Positions 1-8,857 of a DNA stretch of 32,000 nt are shown piece by piece. A model generated the notes under the pieces. That model saw nothing but the letters and a program-made list of their open reading frames with translations. It did no database searches and had not been told where the DNA came from. The DNA is from Candidatus Saccharimonadota bacterium (GTDB lineage: Bacteria > Patescibacteriota > Gracilibacteria > UBA1369 > 2-02-FULL-48-14), in the NCBI GenBank assembly GCA_965230905.1, contig OZ246396.1, forward strand, positions 150,001-182,000. The letters are read 5' to 3'. Every line of letters starts with the position of its first letter. The first letter of the stretch is position 1. A program made the position numbers and the translations under genes.

Positions 1-1
1 T

Positions 2-349
2 CAAAGACTGCCTCACGACACCGTGTCTCATCTAAAAAGTGTGCTTGGTTCGTATCCATTGGGAGCCAAGAAAGGAAACGGATACGTAATGATTGAGTCT
101 TCAGTAGATTTTTATAATTTGATGTATACTCAACTCAAAATTTGCAATTTTTCTCTTACTCAGGAACCTAACGAAAGATACTCGATAGAAGATAGTCGGT
201 TGGGACAAATTGCCGATATCCTTGGGGATGAGCTTATCAAAAAAGGTTATAGAGCGACACCTCCACTGAAGGACAAAACTGTGGCTTTCCACAAGGGCGC
301 CTTATTTAAAGATGGACGGTTGTCTGGTTTGATACTTTATCATCAATAA
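2..349 (+). CDS. hypothetical protein, probably 5'-truncated by the window edge
   Basis: The frame stays open from nt 2, with no stop upstream of the GTG at 23, and ends at TAA 347-349. It is AT-rich and has no motif I recognise. Its 3' end overlaps the convergent CapA-like gene by 7 nt. Confidence 0.3.
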   Translation, partial: QRLPHDTVSHLKSVLGSYPLGAKKGNGYVMIESSVDFYNLMYTQLKICNFSLTQEPNERYSIEDSRLGQIADILGDELIKKGYRATPPLKDKTVAFHKGALFKDGRLSGLILYHQ

Positions 350-1347
350 GTGACTCTTGGTTTGGGCGCCGCGCCGTCCACCAAGTCTACGATTTGTTCC
401 ACTACGGTTATTTCGCCGTTTTCAATTTTTAGGCCCAGCACGAGGCCTTCACGGACTTCGTTGCTGAAATATTGATCGAAAACGAAATTGCCGAGCGAGT
501 AGTAGATTTGAACGCCGTTGTAGGTCTCGTGATTTTGGATGACGTGTGGGTGGTGGCCCCAAATAAAGTCGGCGCCGGAGTCTACAAAGGCGTGTGCCTT
601 GGCGACCACGGATTCGCGAGCGGTGGCCTCGTACTCCCAGCCCCAGTGCACGCCAATGATTAGGTAGTCGACGAGCGGATCTACTTCTTTTATTTTGGCG
701 AGAGCAGCATCGGTGTCGAGGCGAATCACGGCGTCGTTGAGGCCTAAAAAGCCAACGGTGGTGCCGGCAAAATCGTAAGTGATGAAACTGTAGGGGCCGC
801 TGGGCGTGTCGGGGTGACCGAAGGAATCGATGCCAACAGCGGCGAGGTAGTCATGGGTTTGCTGGGGGCCGGTTTTGCCCATATCCAGCGTATGGTTGTT
901 GGCCATGCTGAAGGTGGTGAAGCCGGCGCTTTTTAGGAGCTCGGCCACAGCTGGCTCAAAGTTGAAAATCATGGCCGTTCCGTTGTTGGTGTAGTTGCTG
1001 TCGGTGATGGGGCCTTCCAAGTTTCCAACGATGAGGTCGAGCTCAGGCGCGGCGAGTTTTTCTTGAATGGCGGTGATTATTTCCGGCATGTAGGTGAATG
1101 GAAAAGGCGGCGGCGTTTGTTGGCGCAGGGTTTTCACATAACGGTCGAGCATGATGTCACCCGTGAAGAGAATCGTGATGGTTTCGGAGCCTTCTTTTTT
1201 AGTCCATGCGGCTTCGTAAAATTTCGCCTGAATGGGCTCGGGCTGGTCTTTGAAAAAATGAGCGCCGGTTGTGAGCGCGGTTAAGAGGAGGGCGCTGAAG
1301 CACCAGAGAGCGTTTTTTTGAAGAGGCGTGAGAGTGGGCAGATTCAT
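343..1347 (-). CDS. CapA/PGA_cap-family metallophosphatase with an N-terminal membrane anchor or signal
   Basis: 334 aa. Metallophosphatase/CapA-type motif series: FTGDIMLDR, GNLEGP, MANNHTLDMG, GVHWGWEY, WGHHPHVIQ, YSLGNFVFDQ. Hydrophobic N-terminus ALWCFSALLLTALTTGA. It starts 5 nt after the rlmH stop, so the two genes look like an operon. Confidence 0.8.
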   Translation of the reverse strand: MNLPTLTPLQKNALWCFSALLLTALTTGAHFFKDQPEPIQAKFYEAAWTKKEGSETITILFTGDIMLDRYVKTLRQQTPPPFPFTYMPEIITAIQEKLAAPELDLIVGNLEGPITDSNYTNNGTAMIFNFEPAVAELLKSAGFTTFSMANNHTLDMGKTGPQQTHDYLAAVGIDSFGHPDTPSGPYSFITYDFAGTTVGFLGLNDAVIRLDTDAALAKIKEVDPLVDYLIIGVHWGWEYEATARESVVAKAHAFVDSGADFIWGHHPHVIQNHETYNGVQIYYSLGNFVFDQYFSNEVREGLVLGLKIENGEITVVEQIVDLVDGAAPKPRVTY

Positions 1348-1352
1348 GTGGC

Positions 1353-1814
1353 CTATTTATGATACTTCTTACCAGCCAGCAAGGTGAAGGCGCGGTAGAC
1401 TTGCTCCTTTAAAAATACGCGCACCATCTCGTGAGTGAAAGTCATTTTTGAAAGGGCCAGAGTTTGGTGGGCGGCGGCGAGCACTTCGGGGTGAAGCCCG
1501 TGCGAGCCGCCGATGAGAAATTGGACCTTGCCGCTGCCGAAGTCGCGCTCTTTGAGAAGGAGGGCCGCGAACTCGGGCGTGGTGAGGTGTTTTCCGAGTT
1601 CATCCAGGGCGATGATGCGGCATGCGGGGTCGAGTTTTTCGAGGAAGGCTGCTTTTTCTTCGGCTTGAACTTGTTCACGGTCGTCGCGTTTGCTGGGGCT
1701 GAACGTGAGGTTTTCCAGTTTCGCAAAAGGCGTAAGACGTTTTTCGTATTCGGCTTCCAGGCTCGCGAGGGCGGCTTCTTTGGTCTTTCCGACTTGGAGG
1801 ATTTGGATCTTCAT
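1353..1814 (-). CDS. rlmH: 23S rRNA (pseudouridine1915-N3)-methyltransferase RlmH (SPOUT family)
   Basis: 153 aa, the typical RlmH size. N-terminus MKIQILQVGKTK and C-terminal block FLIGGSHGL...LSKMTFTHEM match the RlmH pattern. Confidence 0.85.
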   Translation of the reverse strand: MKIQILQVGKTKEAALASLEAEYEKRLTPFAKLENLTFSPSKRDDREQVQAEEKAAFLEKLDPACRIIALDELGKHLTTPEFAALLLKERDFGSGKVQFLIGGSHGLHPEVLAAAHQTLALSKMTFTHEMVRVFLKEQVYRAFTLLAGKKYHK

Positions 1815-1822
1815 TTACGCTC

Positions 1823-1838
1823 ATTCTAATGCTACAAT
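1823..1838. promoter_or_regulatory. back-to-back divergent -10 boxes in the 31-nt rlmH/rlmD intergenic region
   Basis: Minus strand: TAGAAT (plus coords 1823-1828) lies 8 nt before the rlmH ATG (1814). Plus strand: extended -10 TGcTACAAT (1830-1838) lies 7 nt before the rlmD ATG (1846). Neither gene has a Shine-Dalgarno sequence. Confidence 0.45.
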
Positions 1839-1845
1839 CGCCGCT

Positions 1846-3216
1846 ATGAAACCTAAAAAAGGTCAAAGCGTTGAGATAAAAGTGGATTCCCTGGTGTATG
1901 GAGGAAGTGGAATTGGGCAAATCGATGGATTTAAAATTTTTGTGGAAGGAGCTGCGCCCGGTGACACCGTGGAGGCGAAAATGACCAAAGTGCGCAGCAA
2001 ATATGGTGAGGCCAAGGTTTTGAACGTTTTGCAGCCTTCTCCACAGCGCATTCAGCCGCGTTGCAAACATTTTGGCGTGTGCGGGGGTTGCAAGTGGCAG
2101 TTTTTGGATTACGCGGATCAATGCGAAGTTAAAGAACAACAGGTGAAGGACGCCGTTACGCGCATCGGCGGACTTTCGGCGGATTTGGTGAAACCGATGG
2201 TTCCGAATGAATCGCCGTGGTTTTATAGGAATAAGATGGAATTGTCCTTTGGGATGAGTCTGGAAGGCGAAGATATGCTCGGCTTTTATCCGCCCGGATT
2301 TCACTTTGAAGTTTTCAATGTGGAGGAATGTTTTTTGCAGTCGGAACTAATGGTGGAAATCGTGAAAAAAGTTCGTGCCTTTGCCATTGAAAATCGCATT
2401 CCCGTTTACAATTCTCGCACGCATGAAGGGCTGCTACGCACGCTCACTATTCGCGAAGGAAAAAACACAGGTGAAGTGATGATTATTTTGAGCACGTCCA
2501 CCGGAATTTTTGATCACCGCGATGAGTTTGCAGCGCTGTTTGCCGGCGACCCTCGCATCACGTCTTTGTATTGGAATAGCGTGTACCAAGTGCCTGGCCA
2601 ACCCACGTGGATTGAAGAAAATTTGCTCGCTGGAAAAGAGAGTCTGACGGAAGCTTTGATTCTGGAAAATGGACAAGAACTGCGCTTCGACATCCTCCCC
2701 CAGGCCTTCTTCCAAACCAACACCAAACAAGCAGAAGTTTTGTATTCGCACGTGATGCAAGTGGCTGGCCTCACCGGCGCCGAAGTGGTTTTTGATTTGT
2801 ACTGTGGAACCGGAACCATTGGACTCTTTTGTGCGCACAAGGCCAAGCAAGTGCTGGGCATTGAAATCAATGAATCAGCGGTGGAAAGCGCACGCGGAAA
2901 TGCGCAGAAAAATGGCATCACGAATGCGAGTTTTTATTTGGGCAGTGTGGACCAGCGTCTCAGCGAACTTACGGAAAAACCCGACGTGGTGATTGTGGAC
3001 CCGCCCCGCGCAGGACTGGAAGGAAATGTGGTCGCAAAATGCGCCGCGTTTGGAGCTGCAAAAATCGTGTATGTTTCGTGCAATCCAAGTACCATGGCCC
3101 GGGACCTTAAGCTCTTTTCGGAATGTGGTTACACCACGCAAATGATTCAGCCGGTGGACATGTTTCCGCAAACCTACCACGTCGAAAATATTGCTTTACT
3201 TATAAAAAATGTCTGA
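1846..3216 (+). CDS. rlmD: RumA/RlmD-type 23S rRNA (uracil-5-)-methyltransferase with TRAM domain and Fe-S cysteine cluster
   Basis: The ORF-track frame opens at 1690, but that extension overlaps rlmH. The ATG at 1846 gives MKPKKGQSVEIKVDSL..., a TRAM-like N-terminus. Cys cluster CKHFGVCGGCKWQ, SAM motif DLYCGTGTIG, DPPRAG, and the catalytic-Cys motif VSCNP. Confidence 0.85.
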   Translation: MKPKKGQSVEIKVDSLVYGGSGIGQIDGFKIFVEGAAPGDTVEAKMTKVRSKYGEAKVLNVLQPSPQRIQPRCKHFGVCGGCKWQFLDYADQCEVKEQQVKDAVTRIGGLSADLVKPMVPNESPWFYRNKMELSFGMSLEGEDMLGFYPPGFHFEVFNVEECFLQSELMVEIVKKVRAFAIENRIPVYNSRTHEGLLRTLTIREGKNTGEVMIILSTSTGIFDHRDEFAALFAGDPRITSLYWNSVYQVPGQPTWIEENLLAGKESLTEALILENGQELRFDILPQAFFQTNTKQAEVLYSHVMQVAGLTGAEVVFDLYCGTGTIGLFCAHKAKQVLGIEINESAVESARGNAQKNGITNASFYLGSVDQRLSELTEKPDVVIVDPPRAGLEGNVVAKCAAFGAAKIVYVSCNPSTMARDLKLFSECGYTTQMIQPVDMFPQTYHVENIALLIKNV

Positions 3217-3478
3217 AAATTTTCGTGACGAATATGAAGAGGAAATAACTGAAGATGGGTTCGATTCCTATTTAGAAAAACTGTGCAGCGCCCGCTTTAT
3301 TGATGAAAAAATAGACTTAATTACAAAGGCTAATCAATTGGCTGGAGACAATACTATTCGACTTCTTCATCTGCGAAAAACCCTAATCTCAATGTTTGGA
3401 CAGAGTATTGGAAATGGCACCAACGTGGTTTTGCATTTGCACAATTCTAGAGGCAATGAAGTAGATATCATTATTTAG
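3209..3478 (+). CDS. hypothetical 89-aa protein with an acidic N-terminus
   Basis: The ATG is embedded in the rlmD stop (ATGTCTGA), which implies translational coupling. The ORF is AT-rich. Its end overlaps the convergent 1341-aa gene by 4 nt. No recognisable motif. Confidence 0.4.
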   Translation: MSENFRDEYEEEITEDGFDSYLEKLCSARFIDEKIDLITKANQLAGDNTIRLLHLRKTLISMFGQSIGNGTNVVLHLHNSRGNEVDIII

Positions 3479-6400
3479 GCGGCTTGGGCTGACTGGGATC
3501 CTTCTTCCCAAAGTACATCCATTGCCTGCATTCCGTAGGATGGACTGAAAGAAAACCGCTTGGGTTCTTCAAAATTATAAACCTTGCCAACTCCTGTGAT
3601 TGCAGCATCCATCGTTCTTTCAAAAATACCGCCCGTACGGTTTGTACGAATGGCTTTATTTTGAGAAGTACAAATGCGTTTGAATCCATTCTCTTTTGCA
3701 AATACTTTTATGGAGCTCAACAGGCCTTTGAATAAAGCGGCTTCATCCACTTTATAAAGATAGGTGCTAGAAGGATTGAATGCAGCCGTTAAAGTTTTAC
3801 CATCACCTTCAAAAGCATTTAAAAGTACCACACCCATACAACGATGGGTTTCTGGGTCCTCCAAAATGAGTTCAAAATAGTTCTCCATGTTCCACATACA
3901 GTCTTTGCCAACTTTTTTTGGATTGTCCCCACTCACACACACTCCCCCTACCATACGTGCATTTGCTGTTTCTTTATTTTTTGCGATATATCCATGGAGA
4001 ATTTCTCTTTCGGTACCAGAGGCTGAACTAAATTTTAGAAGCTCGGTAGCTAAAAATTCTTTTTCGTCTTCAAATAAATTTAAGGCATTTTGCACGGTAT
4101 ACGCCTCAAACTGTTGGGCGTCATAAATACCCCCACTTATGTTTTGTTCGGTCTCAAGAAGCTGAGCTACATTTATTTCTCCAAGCTGGAGTTTACTTGG
4201 GTCCACATCGGCCCCCGTTATGTATTCAGCCAGTTGGCGCGTGCGCTCACGCTGAGACCTTAATTGACCATAGAAAGCCTTGGTTCTTTGCTTGGGTGAA
4301 GAACTGGCCACTTCACTTAAACCACGAGTCGATTTCTCGTAGCGCGCAAGGAGTTCTTTGATTTCATCGGGGGTATATTTTTTACCCTTTTTCTCTAGAA
4401 CCTTTGAGATTTGCTTAATAAAGGCGTCCGTCAATCCAAGCTTGCCAGGCTGCATACCTTCTACCTTCGATTTTCTTTCTCCTGAAATTTCACTGCGCGA
4501 TAAGTGTTCAAAATAAAGTGGGATTATTTTTGAGATTTTTGGACTTTTAAAGCCTGCTTGGATCACACGTTTGTTGATTTCTTTCACTCGATCTGAGAAG
4601 AAAGTGTTGAGTTCACAAAGCAAAGCGTAGTCACGATTCGACGACTGGTTTACTCGATCCGTGGTGCCTTGCACGTAATCCCGCACGTCTTCAAAATAAG
4701 CAAATTCATAACTGATCATGAGATTTTTAAGCTCTTTTTCATTCACTTTCTTGTCTCCATACATGGCATCCAAAATGATCATGCACATCTTCTCTTCAAT
4801 ATCCAAGTTCGCTGCTTCAGCGGGACTTAAACGTGTCTCGTGATTTATCTTTGCAAAGTTCTCATCCACCATTTTTAAAACATCGACCTTCATCACTTGG
4901 GGCTCATAATTACAAGTCGCAAATTTTGCCGATATATCCGTTACATTTTTGACTAATTCGTCGGTCTTCCCTTTGTCTAAGCTTTGCCCTTCTTTTACGG
5001 AGATCTGAGACTGACTCATCAAATCAATTTCATAACGCGGACGGATTTTATATCCAGCAATATCTGCACCTCGATCTTCACAACTTTTATTATTCTCGGC
5101 ATTCGTCCATTTCCCAGCGTTGTTTTTATAAACTTCTTTTAGTAAGTCGTCGTAAAAAGGTTCGGTTCTTTCTTGAGCCGTCAGTTTACCGGCGCCCGTC
5201 ATTCTTGACGCTATATCGTTGAGTCTAGCAAGGTAAATCTCCTGCGTTCCTTCTGCTTTAGCTTTTTTATAGCCACTGATGATGGCTGGCGAGAGGACGC
5301 GGTATCGATCTAAAAATTCTAGTACCATTTCCTTGTCACCTGGAGTGATTACTCCTGCCAGAAGACACTGCTCATAGCCTTTGACTATTTCCTCAGCGGA
5401 CTTACCGTGTTTTCCAATCACTTGATTGATGAAGTCGCCACTTGAACGGTCTTTTATTAAGTTATCAAAATGTTCCAGTATCCAATGACAGAAAACTAGC
5501 TGCTTATTGTCTGTAAAAAGGACTGGGCACGCCCTAACAAAAGTCCCAATGAGTTGTAGGCGAATGGTGAGTTCTTTGATGTTTTTTTGGCCTTTAAAAG
5601 CACACTCCATCGTTGGCCCAACAAGGTTCCCATTTTCTATACCATCCACACAGTACTCAAATTTTTCCGAAAATAGCTTAAGCAATCCAAATTCAGATTC
5701 ATCTCGCACCACTTGATCAAAACAATTGAGCAGCCATCGAGTAGCGCTTTTATTTTTTCCCATAAGCAATGCAGGCTCAGACCTCACAAATTTAGTCACT
5801 AAATCTAGTTTTCCAAGCATGGCTGCAATGGATTCTACATCGCCAAAAATACAACATTTTATGTCTTCAGATAGACTGTCATCACCGATTTCTGCGTTCA
5901 AAGTCGCTAAGCCTTCCTTTACCTTGGGCCACGCCTTTTCAAATTCTGCTGGAGACTCTTTATAGTTTTCTAATAATATTTTTACTCCTGAATTGCTTTT
6001 TACACATGTATAGACGTCTGCTATGAGTTTTAGTTTATTTAGGTCCTCGCCATACAGTTCATGATAGAGACAAAGAGACAACCATGGGTCTTCTAGATAT
6101 TTTATTTTGGCGATGTCTTTAAAGATCTGTAAATATTCCATTCCTTCAGCGGGATCCCTTTGATAGACATGAAAAAAGTGCTTAGTGGCGGCCATTAGCT
6201 CATGGCCATAAGGTGTCCGGAATTCTTGAGCCCACAAAATGCAAACCTTTAATGCCTCAAGATCGTCACCATAGATTTCAAATAAATCTAGCGTACTATC
6301 AACACAATCATAGTCCCAATATCCTTTATATTCTTTTCCTAACCCCGTAAAAACCTCTAAATACGCTTGAGCCTGGGCTTCATCACGATCGCGTAAACGT

Positions 6401-7500
6401 AGATAAGCATTGAGAGCTTTTCTATAGTTTTCACGGGAGCCGCCAAGATAGCCCACTGCAAGGACCCAAGGTTCGGCTTTTTCAAAATCTTTTTCTTCTA
6501 CATATTTAAAATTGTACATTCTAGATAAGACAGCTTCTGCCCCTTTTCTTTCTCCTTTTTTGTAGAGACTAAGGATATAAAGCATGTGTTTTAAGTCTCC
6601 AAGGAAGCCGTTGAATTGACCAAAAATACGTACATCTTCAGCCAATGCTTTATATTCGGGATACTTAGTGCCAATGTAGGTGAAGCGTATTTTTAAAGAT
6701 AGGTGCGCTTCTAGACGCATTTCTCCTGTCTTTTTTTGTTCTTCATAAAAGGCTAAACAAGCATCATAAGACTTTCGATCGGTAAGGAACTCTGCGTCAC
6801 ACTCATTTATAATGGTGCCAAACATGGAGCCTAACCTGATAAGATTCATAAAATCGTAGGCCGTTTGAAAACGACTCAGGTCATTTGGATGTTCTTTCGC
6901 TATGCCAACAAGTAAGTCGGAGGCTTTGTCTAAATATTCAGGGAAGTCTCTATAGTAATCAAAGAAATCATTATTGCTCAAGAGCGTCTTGCTTACTTTA
7001 TGAAAGAAATCTGGATTGAATTCATATTGGTCTTTTAGCTGACGCAGCAAGGCAATCTTTCGAAGTGACCCCGATGATGATTCTAACGCTAAAAAATCTT
7101 CGAACACTCCAAAATTCACCTCTAAAATGTCGAAGTTATCGATCAAGCGATAGACGATGCGTACCCCACGCTGGTTGATTTTTTCAAAAAAGATCGGATA
7201 AAACTGTGGATTTTCTTCCAGTTTTTTGAGTAGTTTTTTAAAAACTTTTAAATGCTCTTGGCCGCGGTGCCCAACTATTTCTTCTAATTCTTTAATTTCT
7301 TGTTTATCTTTTTTCTCCAATTGGAGTATTCGCTGGGCTAGTTTTCGTTCTGTAGTATCTCCAATTAAAGCCTTTAAAACTTTATCCGTTGTGAAACTAG
7401 CAGCCATACGAATTTCTTTGTCCGTCATTGCATCCACATCAACTCGAGCCTCTTCGGAAAAGACATCTTCGGGTGCGGATTTTTTCTGCTCGTCAGCCAT
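3475..7500 (-). CDS. 1341-aa protein of unknown function (helical-repeat-like N-terminal two-thirds, distinct Cys/His-bearing C-terminal ~160 aa)
   Basis: Uninterrupted 4026-nt ORF with an ATG start and its own promoter. No signal peptide or TM segment is seen. The C-terminal block is MVGGVCVSGDNP...ETHRCMGVVLLNAFEGDGKTL...; I cannot name a family for it. Confidence 0.8.
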   Translation of the reverse strand: MADEQKKSAPEDVFSEEARVDVDAMTDKEIRMAASFTTDKVLKALIGDTTERKLAQRILQLEKKDKQEIKELEEIVGHRGQEHLKVFKKLLKKLEENPQFYPIFFEKINQRGVRIVYRLIDNFDILEVNFGVFEDFLALESSSGSLRKIALLRQLKDQYEFNPDFFHKVSKTLLSNNDFFDYYRDFPEYLDKASDLLVGIAKEHPNDLSRFQTAYDFMNLIRLGSMFGTIINECDAEFLTDRKSYDACLAFYEEQKKTGEMRLEAHLSLKIRFTYIGTKYPEYKALAEDVRIFGQFNGFLGDLKHMLYILSLYKKGERKGAEAVLSRMYNFKYVEEKDFEKAEPWVLAVGYLGGSRENYRKALNAYLRLRDRDEAQAQAYLEVFTGLGKEYKGYWDYDCVDSTLDLFEIYGDDLEALKVCILWAQEFRTPYGHELMAATKHFFHVYQRDPAEGMEYLQIFKDIAKIKYLEDPWLSLCLYHELYGEDLNKLKLIADVYTCVKSNSGVKILLENYKESPAEFEKAWPKVKEGLATLNAEIGDDSLSEDIKCCIFGDVESIAAMLGKLDLVTKFVRSEPALLMGKNKSATRWLLNCFDQVVRDESEFGLLKLFSEKFEYCVDGIENGNLVGPTMECAFKGQKNIKELTIRLQLIGTFVRACPVLFTDNKQLVFCHWILEHFDNLIKDRSSGDFINQVIGKHGKSAEEIVKGYEQCLLAGVITPGDKEMVLEFLDRYRVLSPAIISGYKKAKAEGTQEIYLARLNDIASRMTGAGKLTAQERTEPFYDDLLKEVYKNNAGKWTNAENNKSCEDRGADIAGYKIRPRYEIDLMSQSQISVKEGQSLDKGKTDELVKNVTDISAKFATCNYEPQVMKVDVLKMVDENFAKINHETRLSPAEAANLDIEEKMCMIILDAMYGDKKVNEKELKNLMISYEFAYFEDVRDYVQGTTDRVNQSSNRDYALLCELNTFFSDRVKEINKRVIQAGFKSPKISKIIPLYFEHLSRSEISGERKSKVEGMQPGKLGLTDAFIKQISKVLEKKGKKYTPDEIKELLARYEKSTRGLSEVASSSPKQRTKAFYGQLRSQRERTRQLAEYITGADVDPSKLQLGEINVAQLLETEQNISGGIYDAQQFEAYTVQNALNLFEDEKEFLATELLKFSSASGTEREILHGYIAKNKETANARMVGGVCVSGDNPKKVGKDCMWNMENYFELILEDPETHRCMGVVLLNAFEGDGKTLTAAFNPSSTYLYKVDEAALFKGLLSSIKVFAKENGFKRICTSQNKAIRTNRTGGIFERTMDAAITGVGKVYNFEEPKRFSFSPSYGMQAMDVLWEEGSQSAQAA

Positions 7501-7518
7501 AGTGAAAATAATCTGATA

Positions 7519-7547
7519 ATTATAGCAGATTTAAGGTTAAAACTCAA
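7519..7547 (-). promoter_or_regulatory. sigma70-type promoter of the 1341-aa gene
   Basis: On the minus strand it reads TTGAGT (7547-7542), 17-nt spacer, TGcTATAAT (-10 at 7524-7519), then 18 nt to the ATG at 7500. The -35 sits right after the cca stop. Confidence 0.55.
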
Positions 7548-7552
7548 CTGAG

Positions 7553-8854
7553 CTAGACTTGTTTCAGCCATTCCAGCGCGGCTTCACGACTCTTCAGCTC
7601 ATGGCTGAGTTGTTTTTCCCATAATTCTTGGAGGATTTTTCCCACTTCAGGGCCGGCTTTGAGGCCGGTGGCTTCCATGATTTCCTCACCTGTTAAAAGC
7701 GGTTTTGGTTTTTCCTTAAAGTGGGCCAGGCAGTCTTCGTAGGCGTTTTTTACTTCAAAATACATGGAAAGATCTTTAGGCGTGGTTCCGGCGGCATCGG
7801 CGTAGAAAAGCAGAAGGAGGTCGGGGAAACGGGGGTCGAGGAACCAGTGGCGTTGGCGGCCGGTGGGCATGTCCAAAAGTTGTTGCATCATGAAATGGTG
7901 CTTCACCACCCAGCTGACGTGTTCAATGGCGCTGCGCGAAAAACGCAAACGGCGCATGATGCGTTCGGCGATTTCGGCAGAGACTTCTGCGTGACCATCG
8001 GTGCGAATTCGTTCCGCGATTTTAAAAGTTTCCGGCTTGCCAATGTCGTGGAAAATCACGGCCCAGTGTGCGAGCAGACCGGCGTCTTCCGGCAAAGATT
8101 TGAGCGCGTTCATGAGGTGAGTCCACACGTCGCCCTCTTGGTGGAATTCCATGGGCTGCGCAAGGCCCTTGCAGGCTTCCAGTTCTGGCAGCACGTAGGG
8201 CAAAACCTCGGTGTCTTGCATGTCTTCAAAAGCCACGGCGGCGGACTTGGCCATGATGATTTTATTCAGCTCATCGCGCACGCGTTCCCAGCTCACTTTG
8301 TCGGCGAGTTGCGCGTGTTTTTTTATGGCGGCGTAAGTGTCTGGATGGTAGCCAAAATTGAGCGTGTTTTTGAATCGGATGGCGCGGATGATGCGCAAAT
8401 GATCTTCCAAAATGCGTTCGTGCGGCACGCCAATAAAACGGATGAGACGATTCGTGAGGTCGTTTTGGCCGCCCACAAAATCCAAAATTTCGTCGCCGAC
8501 TGGGTCGTAAAAAAGTCCGTTGATAGTGAAGTCGCGGCGCTTGGCGTCCTCCTCGGCGTGAGTAAAAGTCACTGCGTCGGGGCGGCGGCCGTCGGAGGTG
8601 CCGCTGTCGCTGCGAAAGGTGGCCACTTCAAAAGTGTGTCCGTCTTCCAGCACGTTTATGACGCCAAAGTTCTTCCCCACCGCGTAAGTTTCGGCAAAGA
8701 GCTTTTCAATTTGTTCGGGCAAAGCGCTGGTGGCGATGTCGTAATCCTTGGGGTCTTTTTTAAGCAGCATGTCGCGCACGCAGCCACCCGCAAAGTAAGC
8801 CTTGTATCCGGCTTTTTGCAAAGTTTTGACGATTTGAATAGCGGTGGAGTGCAT
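7553..8854 (-). CDS. cca: CCA-adding tRNA nucleotidyltransferase with C-terminal HD domain
   Basis: 433 aa. N-terminal class II nucleotidyltransferase motifs YFAGGCVRDMLL...DYDIAT and RDFTINGLFYD. HD motif VIFHDIGKP. Confidence 0.85.
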   Translation of the reverse strand: MHSTAIQIVKTLQKAGYKAYFAGGCVRDMLLKKDPKDYDIATSALPEQIEKLFAETYAVGKNFGVINVLEDGHTFEVATFRSDSGTSDGRRPDAVTFTHAEEDAKRRDFTINGLFYDPVGDEILDFVGGQNDLTNRLIRFIGVPHERILEDHLRIIRAIRFKNTLNFGYHPDTYAAIKKHAQLADKVSWERVRDELNKIIMAKSAAVAFEDMQDTEVLPYVLPELEACKGLAQPMEFHQEGDVWTHLMNALKSLPEDAGLLAHWAVIFHDIGKPETFKIAERIRTDGHAEVSAEIAERIMRRLRFSRSAIEHVSWVVKHHFMMQQLLDMPTGRQRHWFLDPRFPDLLLLFYADAAGTTPKDLSMYFEVKNAYEDCLAHFKEKPKPLLTGEEIMEATGLKAGPEVGKILQELWEKQLSHELKSREAALEWLKQV

Positions 8855-8857
8855 GAG

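Noticed and set aside
1690-1845. N-terminal 52-codon extension of the rlmD ORF, and the overlapping ORFs 1464-1829(+) and 1675-2304(-)
   Set aside because: The extension overlaps rlmH on the opposite strand. The ATG at 1846 is preceded by an extended -10 and gives a TRAM-domain N-terminus. The other ORFs are antisense or shadow frames.
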